The notes beneath the pieces are model-generated. The model searched no databases. It had not been told where the DNA came from and was given only the letters and a program-made list of their open reading frames with translations. A DNA stretch of 63,868 nucleotides, filler included, from Octopus bimaculoides (Eukaryota): NCBI RefSeq assembly GCF_001194135.2. It is 5 parts of 5 records of this genome, joined end to end, with 100 filler letters (N's around TTAATTAATTAA, not from the genome) between each part and the next. Parts side by side here need not be neighbours in the genome. Positions count along the whole stretch, not along the records: positions 1 to 14,084 come from NC_069008.1; 4 more parts are not named here. One strand, 5' to 3'. The position numbers were made by a program, and so were the translations under genes. This document shows, piece by piece, positions 1-11,395 of the stretch (positions are counted from its first letter, which is position 1; each line of letters opens with the position of its first letter).

Positions 1-21
1 TGGCTATTTTTAGAATTGATG

Positions 22-61
<40 letters not shown>

Positions 62-675
62 TCGACTAAAACCCTTAGAGCGGTGCCCATTCATGGCAGC
101 AATCAAATGACTGAAACAAATAAAAGAGATAAATGTGTGTGTGTGTGTGTCTGTTTTTGTTTCCTAGTGTCACTTGACAACCGATGCTGGTGTGTTTGTG
201 TCCCGTAATTTGTAAGTGTATTTGGTGGACGGAAACTGAAAACCTTATTGTGTTTCTATGCGTGTGTCTGTGTTTGTCTCCCGCTGCTACTTGACAACCG
301 GTGCTGGTGTGTTTACGTCCCTGCAACTTAGTGGTTCAGCAAAACAGACCGATTGATTAAGTACTGAGCTTCAAAACAAATAACTACTGGGTCAGTTCTT
401 CAAAGCAATGCTCCAGCATGTCCGCAGGCTAATAGATAGTAATAGAAGTAATAGATAACATATAACGTAATTGTTTTTTAGAATTGTGTCTCGAAATACA
501 ATTAAGCTATAAATAATAACGTAAATACTGGATTGAAAAACTCTTTTAGATAGAAAAAGACGTGTCTGTGTGTGTCTCTCTCACTACCTCTCTTTCTCCC
601 ATCTTTCCTACCCATGCTTCCAACATACCACTTTGTTCTTTCTCTCATCACTTTTCCTCCTACTTTTTCCCTTCT

Positions 676-714
676 TTTTTTCTGATGAAGGACTACTGTC
701 TGAAATGTCAAAGG
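676..714 (+). ncRNA. Minimal type-I hammerhead ribozyme motif (Penelope-type repeat)
   Basis: TTTTT-CTGATGA-A-GGAC-tact-GTCT-GAAA-TGTC-AAAGG: conserved core, stem II, GUC site. Helix III ACGT palindrome appears decayed to ATGT. Confidence 0.65.
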
Positions 715-991
715 CTCTTTCTTCTTCCTTCCAAGTGTTACACTAATAACACCTCTGTTAAAACTTGTCCTTCTTGTTTCATCTTTTCCTTATTTTTGCT
801 CGTTGCCTAACACCCACACTCATACACAATGAGCTTCTTTTAATTTCTATCTACCAAATCCATATCTATTATAGCTTCACTCAATCCAGAGTTATAATAC
901 AAGACATTCACCCAAGGTGCCATGCTGCACCATGTGGTTGGGAATCAAACATCTCAGTCACACAGCCATGGCTGCATTTGTACAAATATCA

Positions 992-1872
992 ATCATAGGT
1001 CTGGTGGATCAGGACTGACCTGGGGCTAGAATGACAGCAACAAGGAAGGACACATTAAATAATGTAGTCCTAGATACACAATGTGTGAGAATAAAAGTGA
1101 GAAGGTCACAGTTAGAACACCTTTGATCATAGGTCTGAGGGATCAGGACTGGCCTGGGGCTAAAACCACAGCAAGAACCAACAATAACAATGAAAGATGT
1201 TCGTTATTGAACTCAGTAATTGCTAATTAATTAGTCAATTATTTCCTCACTCATTTAATAAGTCTCTTGTCTGTTTATCGAAGAGTTATAAGAGACCATC
1301 AAGGGAACTTGCAAGAACACACTGGTTGTCTTTAGTGAAGGTCACACAGGTGATTGTTTCTGGAAGCAGAGATGTTGGAAAATGCATGAAGAGGGATTGC
1401 ATCTGCACCCAAACTATAACAATGTGTAACAAAATTTTAATTTTCTTTTGTCTTTGGTCAGTGAGTGTTATTTCTTATTTTCTTCTGTCTAGAAATCAAA
1501 GGAAATGACTATCATTCCCTTCAAACTTTGCTTTTGTAAAACTGACCTATTTTCCATTACATTTCAGACAGATTCAGCACTGAGTTGCCGAAGCAGAAAT
1601 ATCATTATAGCTAATACTCTGCTCAATACCACAGATTTGCTTGTCAGTTGCTTGACCATAATCACTTTAGCATGACCCTTAGTGGCTGACAATATGTGCA
1701 TCTTTGATGATGAGCAGAAGTAGTGGGGGAGCATTACAGCCTTGTGTTGAGAGGGATTCTTTAGGGCTTGAATAAATGTAACAAAAGCAAAGTTTAAAGG
1801 AAATATTAGTCATTTTTCATACTTCCTTGGACTAAACAAACAGGAAATAACAGTTGCTACCCAAGAACAAAA
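992..1872 (-). repeat. Left arm of ~0.9-kb inverted duplication (partner ~12270-13186)
   Basis: Read by eye, the reverse complement aligns collinearly with 12270-13186 across intron, exon and flanking repeat units. Boundaries approximate. Confidence 0.88.
1251..1359 (-). pseudogene. Antisense pseudo-exon copy of WDR83 exon 12824-12932
   Basis: Reverse complement is 101/109 identical to the exon, keeps ag|...|gtgagg, and has CGA>TAA (…DGLL*LFDKQTRDLLNE). Confidence 0.92.
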
Positions 1873-1953
1873 ATTATATTATATATTGTTATTTCATGGA
1901 TTGATTAATTAACTAATTAAATACTTAAATTTTCTTTTTCTCATGCCAACCAG

Positions 1954-2178
1954 CTGACGGAGAATATTGCATAAGCTGCGGTAGTGACAAGACTTTAAAA
2001 CTGTGGAACCCCTACCGACAGTTACATCTGAAGACATATTCTGGCCATGGTTATGAAGTCCTTGATGCCCACTCAGCCTGCGACAATGCCACACTCTGTT
2101 CTGGTGGTATGGATAAATCGGTGATCCTTTGGGATGTGGCAACAGGGCAAATGAAGAGGAAGTACAGAGGACATGCAG
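1954..2178 (+). CDS. WDR83: WDR83/MORG1 internal coding exon (phase 1 to phase 1)
   Basis: ccag| acceptor, |gtatga donor. Translates xDGEYCISCGSDKTLKLWNPYRQLHLKTYSGHGYEVLDAHSACDNATLCSGGMDKSVILWDVATGQMKRKYRGHA, matching recalled human WDR83 (DGNYCLTCGSDKTLKLWNP...YSGHGYEVLDA...KFRGHA). The upstream exon is not in the window. Confidence 0.95.
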
Positions 2179-2603
2179 GTATGATGGTGGATGTGGTGTG
2201 GTGGTTGTGTTGTGTTAAGGTGATGCTGATTGTGGCTATGTGCTGGGGTTGATGTAATTGACTCATCCCTTCCCCCAAATTTGGGGCTTTGTGGTTCCAG
2301 TAGAAAGGATTATTATTATTGTCATTGGTGAGAATAAGAACAAACTCTGGTTTGTTCTTACTCCTGGTAGAATTTATGTAACGGGTTACTACCTGTAACT
2401 TTAGGTGTCTACAAGCTTTCAACAATTTTTCAAGTGCTTAAGACCTTGGTAATCTTTCCTGTAGAAGCTCTTACAAGACATTCTATTCCAATTTTCTTCA
2501 ACCATTTGTCTATATCTTAACTCACAGTTCCTAATGCACTGTTTATTATAAGCACAACCCTTACAGTTTTCATACTCCATATTCTTGCAATTTCAAATTT
2601 TAA

Positions 2604-2823
2604 CCCTTTAGCATTCAGATTTGTTTGTTAAATGTAATGTTTATTTATTCAAATTGTTTTGAATTAGTCATGCATTACCTTGTAGCTTTGAGATTTCTGT
2701 GATGTGAATGTTTATTTTTTGGATAATATTGTAAGGTAAGTGTGAGAGGCTGGATCTGGCTAGTTTGAAGATAAAATAGGTAGATCATTTTGGCCAGTTA
2801 TGGCCAGTTTAAATACTAAAGGG
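2604..2823. mobile_element. piggyBac-type MITE
   Basis: TTAA|CCCTTTAGCATT...AATACTAAAGGG|TTAA: TTAA target duplication, CCC/GGG ends, 220 bp. Confidence 0.8.
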
Positions 2824-2986
2824 TTAAGGGATTGTATGTTTGTTTTCAGTACTCTTTCTTTGCAATCCTGGAGTTATTATTATTATTATGTTGTATTTTT
2901 TTTCTTCTTTCTTCAAATTTTCTTCCATTTCTTGCCGAGTATTTTCCATTATTATTATTATTATTATTATTATCATTATTATTATT

Positions 2987-3190
2987 GAAGGCAGAATCAT
3001 TAACATGCCAGGCAAGATGCTTACTGGTATTTCGTCTGCTGCTACGTTCTGAGTTCAAACTCTGCTGAGGTCGACTTTGCCTTTAATCTTTTCATGGTCA
3101 ATAAAATAAGTACCAGTCAAAAACTGGGGTTGATATAGTGGACTTAAACCCTCCCCCAAAATTGCTGCCCTTGTGACAGAATTTGAAACC
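2987..3190 (+). mobile_element. SINE family A copy with (ATT)n tail
   Basis: ggcagaatc.ttagca...gagttcaaa.tctgc.gaggtcgactttgcc...aagtaccag...ggggtcgat. Further copies at ~3791-3995, ~4530-4745, ~13612-13748 and ~62225-62280 (-). Confidence 0.8.
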
Positions 3191-3214
3191 ATTATTATTA
3201 TTATTATTATTATT

Positions 3215-3748
3215 GAGTGAGAGAGCAGCACATGCCATCAAAGTGACACTGGAGTACAAATATATGAATCCTAATATACCCATCATGATTACCCATCTGA
3301 TAAGGGCGCACCTGGCTCATGCATCCCAACGAAATGTGTCTGACATGGTGATCTCATATCAAAATAAACAGCACATGATCTTGCAGGTGGGGCCCAGTTA
3401 CAATATTGTTCAGTTCGATTAACCCATCCCGTTTAAAAAGTCTTTGAATAAGGTTTGTTTAAGGATGGTGAATGAAACACCCATATTTCCAGAAGTGAAT
3501 TATTCAAACCCCAAGGAATTCCTCTCAACACATGTCTATGGTATTCCCCCATGTGCATATTGTCAGCCACTAAGGGACGTCCTCAACTGGTTACGGTGAA
3601 GCAACTGATGAGCAAATCTGTGGTATTGAGCAGAATGTTTGGTATAGCCCATCTTGTATACCAAGACAAAACAATGTACATGACAACACTTCCAGTCACT
3701 TAAGATCAGAAGCCATCAGAGCCACTGCCTGGAACTGCATCAGGGCAA
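3215..3748 (-). mobile_element. Non-coding ~530-bp interspersed element (here called X) inserted in (TAA)n
   Basis: Second copy at 4013-4470, fragments at ~1600-1775, ~12370-12545 and 16429-16493. Full copies are bounded on both sides by TAT/CAT repeats. No ORF or tRNA head seen. Confidence 0.7.
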
Positions 3749-4012
3749 TTATTATCATGATTGTTGTTGTTATTATTATTATTATTATTATGGCGAACTG
3801 GCAGAGTCGTTAGCATGCTGGGTGAAATGCTTAGTGGTACCTCACCTATCACTACAATATAAGTTCAAATTCTGCTGAGATCGACTTTGCCGTTCATCAT
3901 TTTGGAGTTGATAAATTAAATATCAGTGAAACACTGGGGTCGATATAATCAACTTGTCCCCTCCTCACAAATTTTGGGCCCTTTGCCAACATTTTAAATT
4001 ATTATTATTATT

Positions 4013-4470
4013 GAGTGAGAGAGCAGCACATACCATCAAAGTGACACTGGGGTGAAATATATGAAGTCCAATATACCCATCGAGACTACCCATCTGATAA
4101 GGGCACACCAGGCACATGCTCCACAACCATATGCGCGCAACATGGTGATCTCATATCAAAATTAACAGCGCGTGACCTTGCAGGTGGGGCCCAGTTAGAA
4201 TTTTCTTCAGAAGCTGAATTATCCATGCCCCAAAGAATTCCTCTCAATGCATGGCTATGATGTTCCCCCACTACTTCTGCTCGTGATCAGAGAAGCACAT
4301 ATCGTCAGCCACCGAGGGTCAAACAACTGACAAGAAAATCTGTGGTATTGATCAGAATATTTGCTGTAACCAGTCTTTTATACCAAGACAAAACAGTGTC
4401 CATGATAACACTTCTAATCAGTTAAGATCAAAACCCATGAGAGCCACTGCTTGGTACTGCATCAGGGCAT
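4013..4470 (-). mobile_element. Element X, second copy (internal deletion)
   Basis: Same ends as 3215-3748 (gagtgagagagcag...gcatcagggca). Confidence 0.7.
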
Positions 4471-4837
4471 TCATCATCATCATCATCATTATTAGTATTA
4501 TTATTATTTTCATCATTATCATCATTGTCAAGGCAACAAGCTGGCAGAATTATTGGCCAGACAAAAGGTTTAGTAGCATTTCTTCCAGATTTATGTTCTG
4601 CATTCAAATACTGCCGAGGTTGACTGGCTTTTCATTCTTTCGGGGTTGATAAAATAAGTACTAGTCAAGTATTGATGATGGTCAGTGGAGTCGACTAAGC
4701 TCTGCTCCAACAAAACCATTTCAGGCCTTGTGCCTATAATAGAAAGGATCATTATCATCATCATCCTCATCATTATTAATTTTATCATCATCATCATCGC
4801 TTTTGTTATTATTTTTATGTCCCTTGAACATCAACAG

Positions 4838-4950
4838 GTACTGTTAGCTGTGTAAAGTTCAATGAGGAGTCAACAGTTATTTTATCTGGTTCCGTCGATG
4901 GAACCATTCTCTGCTGGGATTGTCGCAGCCGAAAGTCAGAACCTATCCAG
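4838..4950 (+). CDS. WDR83: WDR83 internal coding exon (phase 1 to phase 0)
   Basis: caacag|...CAG|gttggt. Translates GTVSCVKFNEESTVILSGSVDGTILCWDCRSRKSEPIQ (human GKVNTVQFNEEATVILSGSIDSSIRCWDCRSRRPEPVQ). Phase matches the previous exon. Confidence 0.95.
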
Positions 4951-5104
4951 GTTGGTTGTTCTACCTCAGTTTTTTACCCCTCACACTTATCTATTTATCT
5001 CTCTATTTGTTTGTCTATCTGCCTTTGCGTCTGTCTGCTTATCTATGCACCCATTTGTCTATCTGTCAATGTCTGTTTATATATTTGTCTCCCTCTTATT
5101 ATCA

Positions 5105-5490
5105 TAAACATCATCATCATCAATATGTTACATCCGTTTTCCATGCTGGTATGGGTCAGACACTTTGACTGGAACTGGTAAGCCAGAGAGCTGCACCAAG
5201 CTCTTGTCTGATTTGGCATCGTTTCTACAACTGGATGCCCTTTCTAGTACCAACCACTCCAAAAATGTAATGGATGCTTTTTATGTGCCACCATCACAGG
5301 TGCCAGTTACGTGACACCAGCATTGGCCATGACCATGATATCACTTGGCTTGACGAGTCTTCTCAAGCATGGCATATTGTCAAAGGCCTTGGTCACTTGT
5401 CACTGTCTCTGTGAGGCCCAACATTTGTAAATCATGCTTTGCCACCTCATCCCATGTCTTCCTGGGTCTACTGCTTCCACAGTTAGAGAT
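5105..5490 (-). mobile_element. 5'-truncated RTE LINE 3' end with (GAT)n tail
   Basis: RPRKTWDEVAKHDLQMLGLTE...LEKTRQAK*, then a 3'UTR ending in the tail. Confidence 0.8.
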
Positions 5491-5589
5491 CAGTATTTCT
5501 TTATACAGCTATCATTTTATATTAGTTTATGTGTGTTATATAAATATATATAAACTCTCTCTCTTTCTCTCTCTCTCTTACACACACAC

Positions 5590-5790
5590 ACACACGTAAT
5601 CATCATCTTCCATGTGGCATAGGTTAGTTGATTTGACAGGATCTGGTGAGCTACAGGGCTGTCTCATGCTCCATGTCAACTTTGGCATAGTTTCTACAGT
5701 TGAATGCCAGTCATAACATCTACCACTTTGCAGTGTGTATCAGATGCTTTTTTTCATACGACCAGCATTAGTAGGGTTGCCAAATAACAT
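5590..5790 (-). mobile_element. RTE-type 3'UTR fragment
   Basis: Similar to the 3'UTR of 5105-5490. Confidence 0.55.
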
Positions 5791-6399
5791 GCAAGACCAG
5801 AAAGAAGAAGAAAAGGAAAAGCTCTTTCAACTAAGTGGGGGAGAAATTGAAGGGTATTTATGCTAGGGACAAGCAGAGGTGGCTTGCTATGGATAAGATG
5901 TATGGCTACTTCACATTTATGTAAGGGCTGGAAGGAGAATCTGGGAAAAAGTTAAGATGGCAGTGATGGGTTGCCAGAGCAAAATGCTTAGGAAGTGAGA
6001 GATAATACAGGCTGTGAATGAGGTGGGGATAGTAATAGATGGCTGGATGCTGGGTTTGAGATGAATGTAATGAATGATGAACAGGAGTGTAAGTGCAGCT
6101 TGATGGGAAATATCAGTGTAGGCCAGGGTTAGTAAGAGAGAGATAAGAGTGGTGCAGGGATGATAGTTGAGAGAGTAAATGATGATGAGCAAGGCATGGT
6201 AGCAGTGGAGAGAAGGAGATGTAGAGGATTGTTGGCAGACAAGAGGGGCTGGCGCTATGAATGATAGCAGATATGTAAGGTGTTAAGATAAAGCATGGCA
6301 GAAGGAATGAAGAGGCAGAATAACATCTGAGAAGAGATGGAAGTGGTGGAGAAAGAAGGGAGGAATTGGTAGCACAAAGAATTAGGAGATGTGGTATGT

Positions 6400-6740
6400 T
6401 GTTACGATCAGACAAATTAATAATGTAAGAAAAAGGGGTAACTTTCTGATCGCAACAACAAAGTGTTCAAACAGGGAAGTAAATGTTCATATATGGAGAT
6501 TAGGTCCAGTCTCAAAGGTTTCAAGGTAAGTGGTGAACGGTCCGACCCGTATGCAGCTCCGTCTCTCGTTCTGGTTCTATTCGCGCCAAGCTCCTGCTGT
6601 CTTCCCCACTCCCCTTTTTAACAGGAAGTACGAGATTACCTGCCTTACTTGTTAACAAGAAGTGAACGAGATTACCTGTCTCGTACTATTGCTAACTTCC
6701 TGTGTATATCTTTGGTTATTCATACCAACGTTATTTCATT
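6400..6740. mobile_element. Possible solo LTR
   Basis: Begins TGTTAC, ends near ..TTTCA, GC-richer than flanks, internal duplication acgagattacctg. No clear target site duplication. Confidence 0.22.
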
Positions 6741-6984
6741 TCTACCAAGCAGTCATTGACAAACGTTTATCTCGCCACCTTTGGAAAATATAGGGTAAGT
6801 TCTCACACTTCATTATCTTATCAGAATACATAACAATGTGTAAAGGAGGGGTGGTTGAGTTGTGGGGAATGCTTAATGGGGCAACATGGGAGTAGGAACA
6901 GTGTCCAGTATGTAGGAGAAGGGGAGGTATGACAGAGCAGTATAGGTGTAGGAACAACATCTAGCAAGTACAAGCATAGGCAGA

Positions 6985-7265
6985 ATTTTTTTAGGATCTC
7001 ATATTTGCTGTTATGAATGGGTGTTGAGCACAGTGAATCACCAATTGTTGTTGTCTTTTGTTAACTCATCCATGAGGCTCACTATCTTGAGATCAGCCTT
7101 CACTACTTCATCCCCTATCTTCTTGGGTATTCCTCTTCCACAAGTTCCATCCATTTTAAGTGACAGGACTTTTTTATGCAGCTGACCTCACCCACAGCTA
7201 TCACATAACCATATCAGCACAGTATTTTCTCTGGCACACTACATCTGATGCCTCTCATACTTATT
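6985..7265 (-). mobile_element. RTE LINE C-terminal fragment
   Basis: RGIRCSV...SCIKKVLSLKMDGTCGRGIPKK..DEVVKADL. Confidence 0.72.
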
Positions 7266-8450
7266 GAAAATATTTGAATGTAATTTCTACTGTACTTCTT
7301 CTTGGAAAGTATCAAAAAAATGGAATATTTTGATACCACATTTGTGGAATTTGGCTGAATATTTTAGGAAATATAAGAATTTGAATGGTCAGCGAGCTGG
7401 TTGAAATTTTGCCTAATTTGTGTAAATGAATAGGTAGCTATATTTGTGATGTCATATCTTTGAAACTGTGATGACAATCATGTTCAAATTACACAAATTA
7501 ATAGTGGCTATGATACAGTAGTTGTCTATTTATTTTTCAGGTTCTTGGAAAGAAAACCTTTTATCTTTGGCAATATTTTAAATATTTATATAAAGCCTAT
7601 TTTGTTATGTAAAACAAATGGTTAGTTTTACAGTGTTTTCAGACCAAACTAAATCTCAAATCACAAGCCATAGAAATTTGAGTTTTGGCATGTTAATAGT
7701 AGGTATGGAGGTAAATAAATCAGGAGATTTTGGGACATGACACCATTTCAATAAAATTCTAACAGATTATTAAAAATGGTTATAAATCACAGAATTTCAG
7801 ATCAGGACGCCCATATGAGTTGTATTTTCTACATTTTGACTGGGATTTCCTCCATTTTTTCTCATCACAGCCTTGGAAATGTTGGGGTAAAGTTTTTTAT
7901 GAAATAAAGTTTTGTAAGATTTGTGATTATTTTTGTTTTACATCCACCCACTGTCCAGAGCAGTTTAGGCCAATTTTTGTTCGCTAGGCAGAAGCCTTTA
8001 TTGCAGGAAAAAACAATTATAAAACTATCTTGAGACAAAAAGGTATGTGATTTAGAGAGATTTAGCTACTGTTTCTAGCACATCCTACAATGACCTGGTA
8101 ACACGCTAGAAACTGCAGCGAAATCTCTCCTTAAATCACTGCTTTTTGACTCAAAATATTTTGATAAATGTTTTTCTTCCTGCTATAAAGGCTTCTCATT
8201 GCTATTAAAGTGCCTAGTGCAAACAAAATTGGTTTGGTGAGGAGAGGGGGTAAAAAAGATCATAAATTTTAAAAAATTTTGTTTCCTAAAACGCACCCCT
8301 CTCTTCATTTTTAAGGCCGCAGTGAAAAAAATAAAATAGGAAAAATTTCCGCAGTGCTCCAGCATGGCCACAGTCTGAAACCAGTAAAAGAGTCAAAATG
8401 AAGAAAATCCAACTTATGTGGGCGTCCTTGTCCAAAACTCACTCCTACAA
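7261..8450. repeat. AT-rich non-autonomous DNA-transposon-like repeat in imperfect fold-back arrangement
   Basis: 7261-8010 is a diverged reverse complement of ~33000-33770, and 8170-8450 resembles ~33020-33300 directly. A ~95-bp hairpin (8046-8141) lies between the arms. Confidence 0.55.
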
Positions 8451-9439
8451 ATAATTAAATGAAATTACAGCTATTGCAAGCATTTAATGTATATCCAGAC
8501 ATGATTATATTGTGATCTGTTACCTGTAGGAGGCTCAGTTTTGATACACTGGTATGAGATATAAAACTGAATCTTCTATAACTTTGGAGCTTTACAATAA
8601 ATTTAATAAGTATCCCTGGAAAGCTCTGTGGAAGGGGTGATGCATGCAATTTGACTATGCAAAAATCCATTGTTTTCATGAAAAAATACCTATTTTCATA
8701 GGGAAAATTATATATCATTTGAAAGTTCTATAGTTTTATTCAAAATCAGACACAAAAAAAAGGAAATGATATATAGGTAGATCAGGAGTAGTGTTGGTGA
8801 ATTTTGGGAAGTGTGGCATTTTTTAAGGATGGAATTGTGTCTTAAGTGTCCTGATAGCTGATGCAGTTAGTTTTATTCCATGCTTCAATGATTCTGGGCA
8901 TGAAAAAAGGCTCAAAAAAGCTGCATAAAAATGCCCATGTATTTTTATGTAGTAATTCATCTCTCTTTCTCTCTCCCATTTCCCCCTTCTCTCTCTGAGC
9001 AAGGAGACACCTCACAGCAATCATTCATGCCATCTTTCTGAGGAAAGCTCTTTCTCTTCAATCTCAGAGACCCTGTAAAGGATCAAGGGTACTGATTTCA
9101 GGCAGTGTTTATCCCCACTTTAACATGTGTGTTTTCTAAGAGACTGCAATTTTAAGTCCAGGAAGACATCTCCTCCAACTGGTTTATTCAGTGCTCTCTC
9201 TGCACTCAATATTTATTGCAAGTGGGAGATAACTCCTGCCATCCTAGCTTTGAGACCACTAAACCATATGATTTCAATCTAATTGGATCTCTTTGGTAGT
9301 GGGCCCCTGTTTGCCAAGCCAGGCAATAGTTTAAACTTGCAATATACAGAAAATACATGTCATACAATCATGTCATACACTGACTTTGTAACTAGCACAT
9401 AAAAATCACCCTTTGAAAGTTGGGTAATATGTTGTGTTT

Positions 9440-9660
9440 GAGAAGATCCGTCAAGCCAAGTGGAATTGTAATCGTGGCTGTAAAAAGCACCCACTACACT
9501 CTTGGAGTGGTTGGTGTTAGGAAGGGCATCCAGCTGTAGAGACCATATCAAATCAGATTGGAACCTAGAGCTGCTCCCCAGCTTACCAGTTTTCAGTGAA
9601 ATCATCCAACCCATGCCAGCAGGGAAAGCGGACATTCAATGATGATGATGATGATGATAG
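9440..9660 (+). mobile_element. RTE-type 3' end with (GAT)n tail
   Basis: cgtcaagccaagtg...ggttggtgttaggaagggcatccagctgtag...ccaacccatgccagc...gatgatgat. A shorter copy sits at ~11815-11900. Confidence 0.7.
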
Positions 9661-10302
9661 TAATAAAACTAGTTTGTTAGAAAATCTATTTGAGATAGAA
9701 AGCAGTATATGAACAACCAAAAGGCAATGTTTATCCCCACTTTAACATGAATGTTCTCTAAGAGACGATGATACAGCAATTTTAACCCCAGGACTTTCTT
9801 CCTGACAAAAAAGAGCAAAAATAAAACAAAATTACTTTCTCTGCTTTGTAATTTCTCCCCTTCACTCTCTCTTTCGTCCTCTTTTCTACTATATCACTAC
9901 TCTCTCTCTCTCTCCCTCCTTCACCTTTCTTTACCTCCTTCCCTCCCTTTTTCTTGCTATGTACCACTCTCTCAAACTCCATACTCTCTCTATCTCTCTC
10001 TCATTCTTTCCAACTCCTCTCCCTCTCTCTCACTCTATCACTCTTTCTAACACCTCCCTCTCACTCTCTACTACTACTACTCTCCCCAACTCCTTTCTCT
10101 CTTTTTCTACCCCTCACCACATCTGACTCCCCCCTTTCTCCTTTTCTCTCTCTATATACCACTCTCTTCTTTCCACTCTCCCTATCACTCTCTCTTTCTG
10201 ACTTTTCCACTCCATGCTTTACCCACTCTCTCTAATTCCTTTCTCTCTCTCTCTCCCTCACCTTTCTTTATACCTCTCACTCTCTCTCTCTCTCATCTTC
10301 AG

Positions 10303-10435
10303 AAACTGAAAGAGGCCAAAGACAGCATCACATCACTGCAAGTATCGGACCATGAGATTCTCTCTGGATCGGCCGATTCTTACATCAGACGCTATGACTT
10401 GCGGATTGGCCGACTCACCTGTGACTACGTTGGAA
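10303..10435 (+). CDS. WDR83: WDR83 internal coding exon (phase 0 to phase 1)
   Basis: Polypyrimidine tract, ttcag|...A|gtgagt. Translates KLKEAKDSITSLQVSDHEILSGSADSYIRRYDLRIGRLTCDYVG (human TLDEARDGVSSVKVSDHEILAGSVDGRVRRYDLRMGQLFSDYVG). Confidence 0.95.
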
Positions 10436-10469
10436 GTGAGTAACCAGTCATTGTTGTTGCTGTTGTTGT

Positions 10470-11070
10470 GCAGCTCCAGATCCCTCCTTATTCAGCAGAT
10501 CTGTGATTAAAGTTGATCCAGCTGTGACCACAGTGTATCTAGGACTACACTATCTAATGTGTCCTTCTTTGTTGTCAAGCAGCCCCAGAACAGTCCTGAT
10601 CCATCAGATTTATGACTAATGTTGATCTGACTGTGCAAAAATTGCTGTCTTCTATTCAGACCTAGTGTATCTCGGACTACACTAACTAATGTGTCCTTCT
10701 TTGTTGTGCAGCCCCAGATTAGACCTGATCCAGCAGATCTGTGATTGAAGTTGATCCAGCTGTGATCATTGTCACCTTTTATTGACATAGTGTATCTAGG
10801 ACTACACTATCTAATGTGGCCTTCCTAGTAGTTGTTGTAACCCTGGTTTGGTCCTAATCCAGCAGCTCTCTGATCAGAGATGTTCCAGCTGTTGTGACCA
10901 TCATGTCTTTTATTCAGGCATAATACATCTAGGACTACATTATCTAATGTGTCCTCTTTTGTTGTGTAGCCCCCCAGCTCAGTGCTGATTCAGCTGACCT
11001 GTGGTCATAATTGTTCCAGATGCGTCTGTCTTTTCTTTTAGAGTATCTCTATGGTGTATCTAGGACTACT
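10470..11070 (+). repeat. ~130-bp tandem repeat, about 5 diverged units
   Basis: Anchor gtgtatctaggactac at 10533, 10665, 10790, 10923 and 11054 (periods 132, 125, 133, 131). Same unit at 992-1165 (-) and 13035-13186. Confidence 0.85.
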
Positions 11071-11325
11071 TTTCACACACCATCATCGGTATATGTAGGT
11101 GTATCTATATGCATGTGTGTAATTTTATGTGTGCGTCAATGTGTGTGTGTGTATTAGGTTTGTATGTGTATTATAGATGCAGACGTAGGTATGTGATAAG
11201 ATGCTTGCTTTCCAACCACATGGTTCTAGGTTCAGTCCTTGAGCAAGTGTTTTCTGAAACCAACTTTGGGCCAACCAAAGCCTTGTGAGTGGATTTGATA
11301 GATGGGAACTGGAAGAAGCCCATTG

Positions 11326-11395
<70 letters not shown>

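Noticed and set aside
10470-11070. CRISPR-like array (regularly spaced conserved motif)
   Set aside because: Eukaryotic context, the intervening sequences are homologous to each other, and there are no cas genes. It is a tandem repeat.
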